Made by a program: the position numbers and the translations under genes. A DNA stretch of 63,965 nt, the filler included. It is 4 parts of 4 records of this genome, joined end to end, with 100 filler letters (N's around TTAATTAATTAA, not from the genome) between each part and the next. Parts side by side here need not be neighbours in the genome. Positions count along the whole stretch, not along the records: positions 56,505 to 63,965 come from DRR378314_1814; 3 more parts are not named here. One strand, given 5' to 3'. Shown here one piece after another: positions 60,803-63,965 of this stretch. The notes beneath the pieces are model-generated. The model was not told where the DNA came from, searched no databases, and was given only the letters and a program-made list of their open reading frames with translations. Position 1 is the stretch's first letter. Every line of letters starts with the position of its first letter.

Positions 60803-61948
60803 TTAGTGCGTATCCATCAGCGCACTTGCTACTGCCTGTTGGCGGTGTTCACGTAGCGCCTTACCTAAAGCTGCACCGCGATAACCCGCTTGCAATAGCG
60901 CTTGAGGGTCAACGCTTTGTGCAGCCTGCCACGCCCGATTCAGCGGTTCGAGCGTATTCTCTGCTAAACGCTTAATAAGTTGTAACTGTGCTTTAACCTG
61001 CGCGGGCTTACGCCAACCATCCAAACGCTCCAGCCAGTGCAGAACGCGTTCGTCACTTAATGGCTCGGCCAATATATCCCTACTCAGCGCTACATGGCGC
61101 GCCAGCTGCATCACCGCATTAGGTAATCGCAATCTTATCGCCAGCGCATCACGCTGAGCATCATTCAATACCGACACCAGCAACGCGTAGCGCCAGTGAG
61201 CCAGTGGAAGTGAACTGTCGATAGCCAGCTGTGCGACCGTCTCAAGCGCCATCGCCTCAAGCGCGTTTGCCAGCACAACGTCATCTGTTAGCTCAGGCCA
61301 CCAAGCAGCCAGCGCTTCGCTATCGTTTAAGGCGGTGAAGTAACGGTCAGGATTTGGTTCACCCAGCGCTTTTTCGGTTTCGACCCACACTCGCTCCGCA
61401 GCAAGGTGGCTAAGCTCACCACTGCGACTTACATCTCGCATTAGTTCGAGGGTTTCAGGCGCGATGGCAAACCCTAAATGTGCATAACGGGCAAGAAAGC
61501 GTGCCGTGCGAAGTACTCGTAAGGGATCTTCACTAAATGCCGGGGACACATGGCGTAATAGCCGCTGTTCAATATCCCGCTGACCGTTAAAGGGATCGGT
61601 CAACGCACCATCAAAGCGCTGCGCAATCGCGTTGATGGTTAAATCACGTCTTGAAAGGTCTTCTTCTAAGGTCACATCAGGACTTGCGTGTACTTCAAAG
61701 CCGCCATAACCGTGGCCAGACTTTCTCTCAGTGCGCGCTAGCGCATACTCTTCGGCGGTATCAGGATGCAGGAATACCGGAAAATCGCGCCCCACTGGTT
61801 TAAAGCCCCGCTGTTGCATGGCTTCTGGCGTGGCACCGACGACGACCCAATCATTGTCCACTACCGGCCAGCCTAACAGCGCATCGCGCACTGCCCCACC
61901 AACACGATAAACATCGAGTCCTTTGGTTTTCGCATCCACCTGAAACAC
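60803..61948 (-). CDS. cca: CCA tRNA nucleotidyltransferase, short form without HD domain
   Basis: [49 protein letters not shown]. Start uncertain (GTG 61948 or 61939; the ORF-track start 62044 overlaps apaH). Confidence 0.9.
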   Translation of the reverse strand: MFQVDAKTKGLDVYRVGGAVRDALLGWPVVDNDWVVVGATPEAMQQRGFKPVGRDFPVFLHPDTAEEYALARTERKSGHGYGGFEVHASPDVTLEEDLSRRDLTINAIAQRFDGALTDPFNGQRDIEQRLLRHVSPAFSEDPLRVLRTARFLARYAHLGFAIAPETLELMRDVSRSGELSHLAAERVWVETEKALGEPNPDRYFTALNDSEALAAWWPELTDDVVLANALEAMALETVAQLAIDSSLPLAHWRYALLVSVLNDAQRDALAIRLRLPNAVMQLARHVALSRDILAEPLSDERVLHWLERLDGWRKPAQVKAQLQLIKRLAENTLEPLNRAWQAAQSVDPQALLQAGYRGAALGKALREHRQQAVASALMDTH

Positions 61949-61994
61949 GGCTACCGCCCTTTTTTCAATGTCTGGTGTTTTAATGTCTCGTATT

Positions 61995-62810
61995 TTAATG
62001 TCTAGGCTGACGGCTAGGTACGCTGATGCGTTCACCCGATTCAAGATTGAGAGCGGTTAACGACCCACCCCACACGCAACCAGTATCCAGCGCTTCAACC
62101 TTTATCTTGGCGTTCGGGGTTTGGCCCTCTAATGCCGCCCAGTGCCCGAATAACAGTTGAAGCGCATCTGCTCTTGGGTATTGAAACCAAGGGGCGAATC
62201 CGTCAGGCGCACTTTCCAAGCCTTCTTTGGCAGCGAAGTCTAGCCGACCGTTAGCGTCGATAAAGCGCATGCGGGTAAATATATTGACGAGACAGCGCAA
62301 ACGGTCAATCCCTTCTAGATCCTCATGGAACTGATCAGGTTGATTACCAAATAGCTGCGTTAAAAAATCACCCGAACGCTCACTAAGCAAGGTCGTCTGC
62401 ACTTCTTGACTAAACGATACCGCTTGCTCGGCGCACCACATTGGTAATACACCGGCATGGGTCATCAGCGTATTGTTTTCATAAACTGCTAATGGCTGGC
62501 TTTGCAGCCAATCCAGCACCTGTTCGCGCTGTGGGGCCGCAAGAATATCGCTGAGGGTATCGTTTTTTTTCAGTTTGCCGCCGCCACGAGCCACCACCAA
62601 CAAATGAAAATCGTGGTTACCCAGCACGCATCGAGCGGCACTACCTAACGCCTGCACTTCCTGCAAGCAAGCCAGCGAGCCAGGGCCACGATTGACCAAG
62701 TCGCCAACCAGCCAGAGTGTATCGTTTGCTGCATTGAAGCTTAGCTTTTCTAGCAAACTGACAAACTCGGCATGACAGCCGTGCAGATCACCAATGGCAT
62801 AGCTGCTCAT
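61995..62810 (-). CDS. apaH: Symmetrical bis(5'-nucleosyl)-tetraphosphatase
   Basis: [37 protein letters not shown]. Confidence 0.97.
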   Translation of the reverse strand: MSSYAIGDLHGCHAEFVSLLEKLSFNAANDTLWLVGDLVNRGPGSLACLQEVQALGSAARCVLGNHDFHLLVVARGGGKLKKNDTLSDILAAPQREQVLDWLQSQPLAVYENNTLMTHAGVLPMWCAEQAVSFSQEVQTTLLSERSGDFLTQLFGNQPDQFHEDLEGIDRLRCLVNIFTRMRFIDANGRLDFAAKEGLESAPDGFAPWFQYPRADALQLLFGHWAALEGQTPNAKIKVEALDTGCVWGGSLTALNLESGERISVPSRQPRH

Positions 62811-62832
62811 CGCTCCCCCTTTTTGAGAATGG

Positions 62833-63210
62833 TCAGTGAAGCTGACGCGGCACCGCTAGCCTAAAAGGGGCAATGGGCACTTCAAAAGCTCGCTGGGTGT
62901 AGGTGTTAAGCAGCGTGTAAGCGCCTTCCATAACGCCTACCGGCGTTTGCAGAATGGCTCGACTGGTGTAGCGAAAACGCTGCCCCGGGCCAATTAATGG
63001 CTGCTGGCCCACCACCCCTTTGCCACGCACCTCTTGGCTATCACCGTTACCTTGGGTAATTTTCCAGTAGCGCGCCATAAGCTGCACGCTATGAGGGCTT
63101 TGGTTATGCACCGTCACGGTGTAACTAAACACGAAGCGCGACTCACGGTCATCTGACTCGGCTGCACGGTATTCAGGCGCGACGCTAACCTCAATGGCTA
63201 GGGCACTCAC
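62833..63210 (-). CDS. apaG: ApaG protein
   Basis: F.Y.V...N, QL..RYW.I, V.G.GVVG.QP.I.PG..F.Y.S, TP.G.MEG.Y. Confidence 0.96.
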   Translation of the reverse strand: MSALAIEVSVAPEYRAAESDDRESRFVFSYTVTVHNQSPHSVQLMARYWKITQGNGDSQEVRGKGVVGQQPLIGPGQRFRYTSRAILQTPVGVMEGAYTLLNTYTQRAFEVPIAPFRLAVPRQLH

Positions 63211-63965
63211 GCGTCAGAACTCCCATTACCACCAAGCGCTTCGTCAGTAGCCACTTGGTTGGCGATAGTGACGTACTCTGCAACCGTCAAGGTTTGAGGG
63301 CGCCGTGCAGGGTCAATGCCTAGTGCTTCTAATGTTTCTGCGCTTACCCTGCCTTTCAGGTTATTGCGCAGTGTTTTGCGTCGCTGACCAAACGCCAGCT
63401 TGACCAGTTCAAACAGCAGCGCTGGGTCATCTGCTGTTTGGGGCAAGCTTTCGTGAGGCGTTAGCCTCACAATGGCGGAGTCAACTTTCGGCCTGGGAAC
63501 AAAGGCTTCCGGCGGTACGACAAACAGCTGATCCACGTGGCAGTAATATTGCGCCATCACCGACAGGCGCCCCCAATCAGTGCTACCTGGTTCAGCGGCC
63601 AAACGCTCAACGACCTCTTTTTGCAGCATAAAGTGCATATCGGCAATCGCATTGCCCATGGTTAACAGGTGCACTATCAACGGCGTCGAGATGTTGTAAG
63701 GCAGGTTACCGACCACTCGCAGCGCAGGGCCATCCCCTTTTAGCGCGGCGAAATCAAACTTTAGCGCGTCACCCTCATGAATAACAAAGTCAGGGTAGTT
63801 AAAAAACTGCACCCTTAAGCCCGGAATCAGGTCACGGTCTAATTCAATGACTTCAAGCTTTCCTGCCGCCTCTAGCAACGGAGCAGTGAGCGCGCCTTGC
63901 CCAGGGCCAATTTCGACGAGTCGGTCGCTTTCGCGAGGCCCAATGGCACGGACAATACGCGAAAT
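63207..63965 (-). CDS. rsmA: 16S rRNA dimethyladenosine transferase RsmA/KsgA, 5' partial
   Basis: Frame is open to the window end (VEIGPGQGALT); GNLPYNIS, MLQKEV, F.P.PKVDSA, F.QRRKTLRN. Confidence 0.97.
   Translation of the reverse strand: MSRIVRAIGPRESDRLVEIGPGQGALTAPLLEAAGKLEVIELDRDLIPGLRVQFFNYPDFVIHEGDALKFDFAALKGDGPALRVVGNLPYNISTPLIVHLLTMGNAIADMHFMLQKEVVERLAAEPGSTDWGRLSVMAQYYCHVDQLFVVPPEAFVPRPKVDSAIVRLTPHESLPQTADDPALLFELVKLAFGQRRKTLRNNLKGRVSAETLEALGIDPARRPQTLTVAEYVTIANQVATDEALGGNGSSDA

Overview
This window is not one replicon. Four unrelated contigs are joined by 100-nt artificial spacers (44 N + TTAATTAATTAA + 44 N at 29681-29780, 39592-39691 and 56405-56504). (1) 1-29680 is an AT-rich marine gammaproteobacterium, Pseudoalteromonas-like: a CsrD-like EAL gene, a coiled-coil/PEGA/FGE-fold protein, mreBCD-maf-rng-yhdP-nit-tldD, an accessory patch, gor, prlC, an orphan response regulator and partial rsmJ. 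(2) 29781-39591 is a GC-rich eukaryotic contig. Its dozens of short ORFs resolve into three spliced genes: an intron-containing DUF2254-like membrane protein of bacterial type, a six-exon F-box protein whose F-box is split by an 896-nt intron, and the 3' part of an unknown helical protein. (3) 39692-56404 is a Roseobacter-group alphaproteobacterium: lrp fragment, catalytically degenerate Hint protein, pgeF, lgt, ybjN-proC-csaA, tdk, an orphan phage-CII-like regulator, a Gly-rich secreted protein, a FabH-like enzyme, MarR-RND pump and carB fragment. (4) 56505-63965 is Halomonas-like housekeeping DNA (dnaG, rpsU, tsaD, plsY, folB, folK, cca, apaH, apaG, rsmA). I saw no CRISPR array, rRNA, tRNA, transposase or complete defence or biosynthetic system, and I cannot point to a proven new multi-gene system. 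The best leads are the intron-bearing DUF2254 gene in the eukaryote, the stand-alone CII-like regulator with a GGGAAATTTCCC palindrome, the dead Hint domain with its small-protein neighbour, and the FGE-fold protein upstream of mreB. Taxonomic and family calls come from motif recognition, not database searches.
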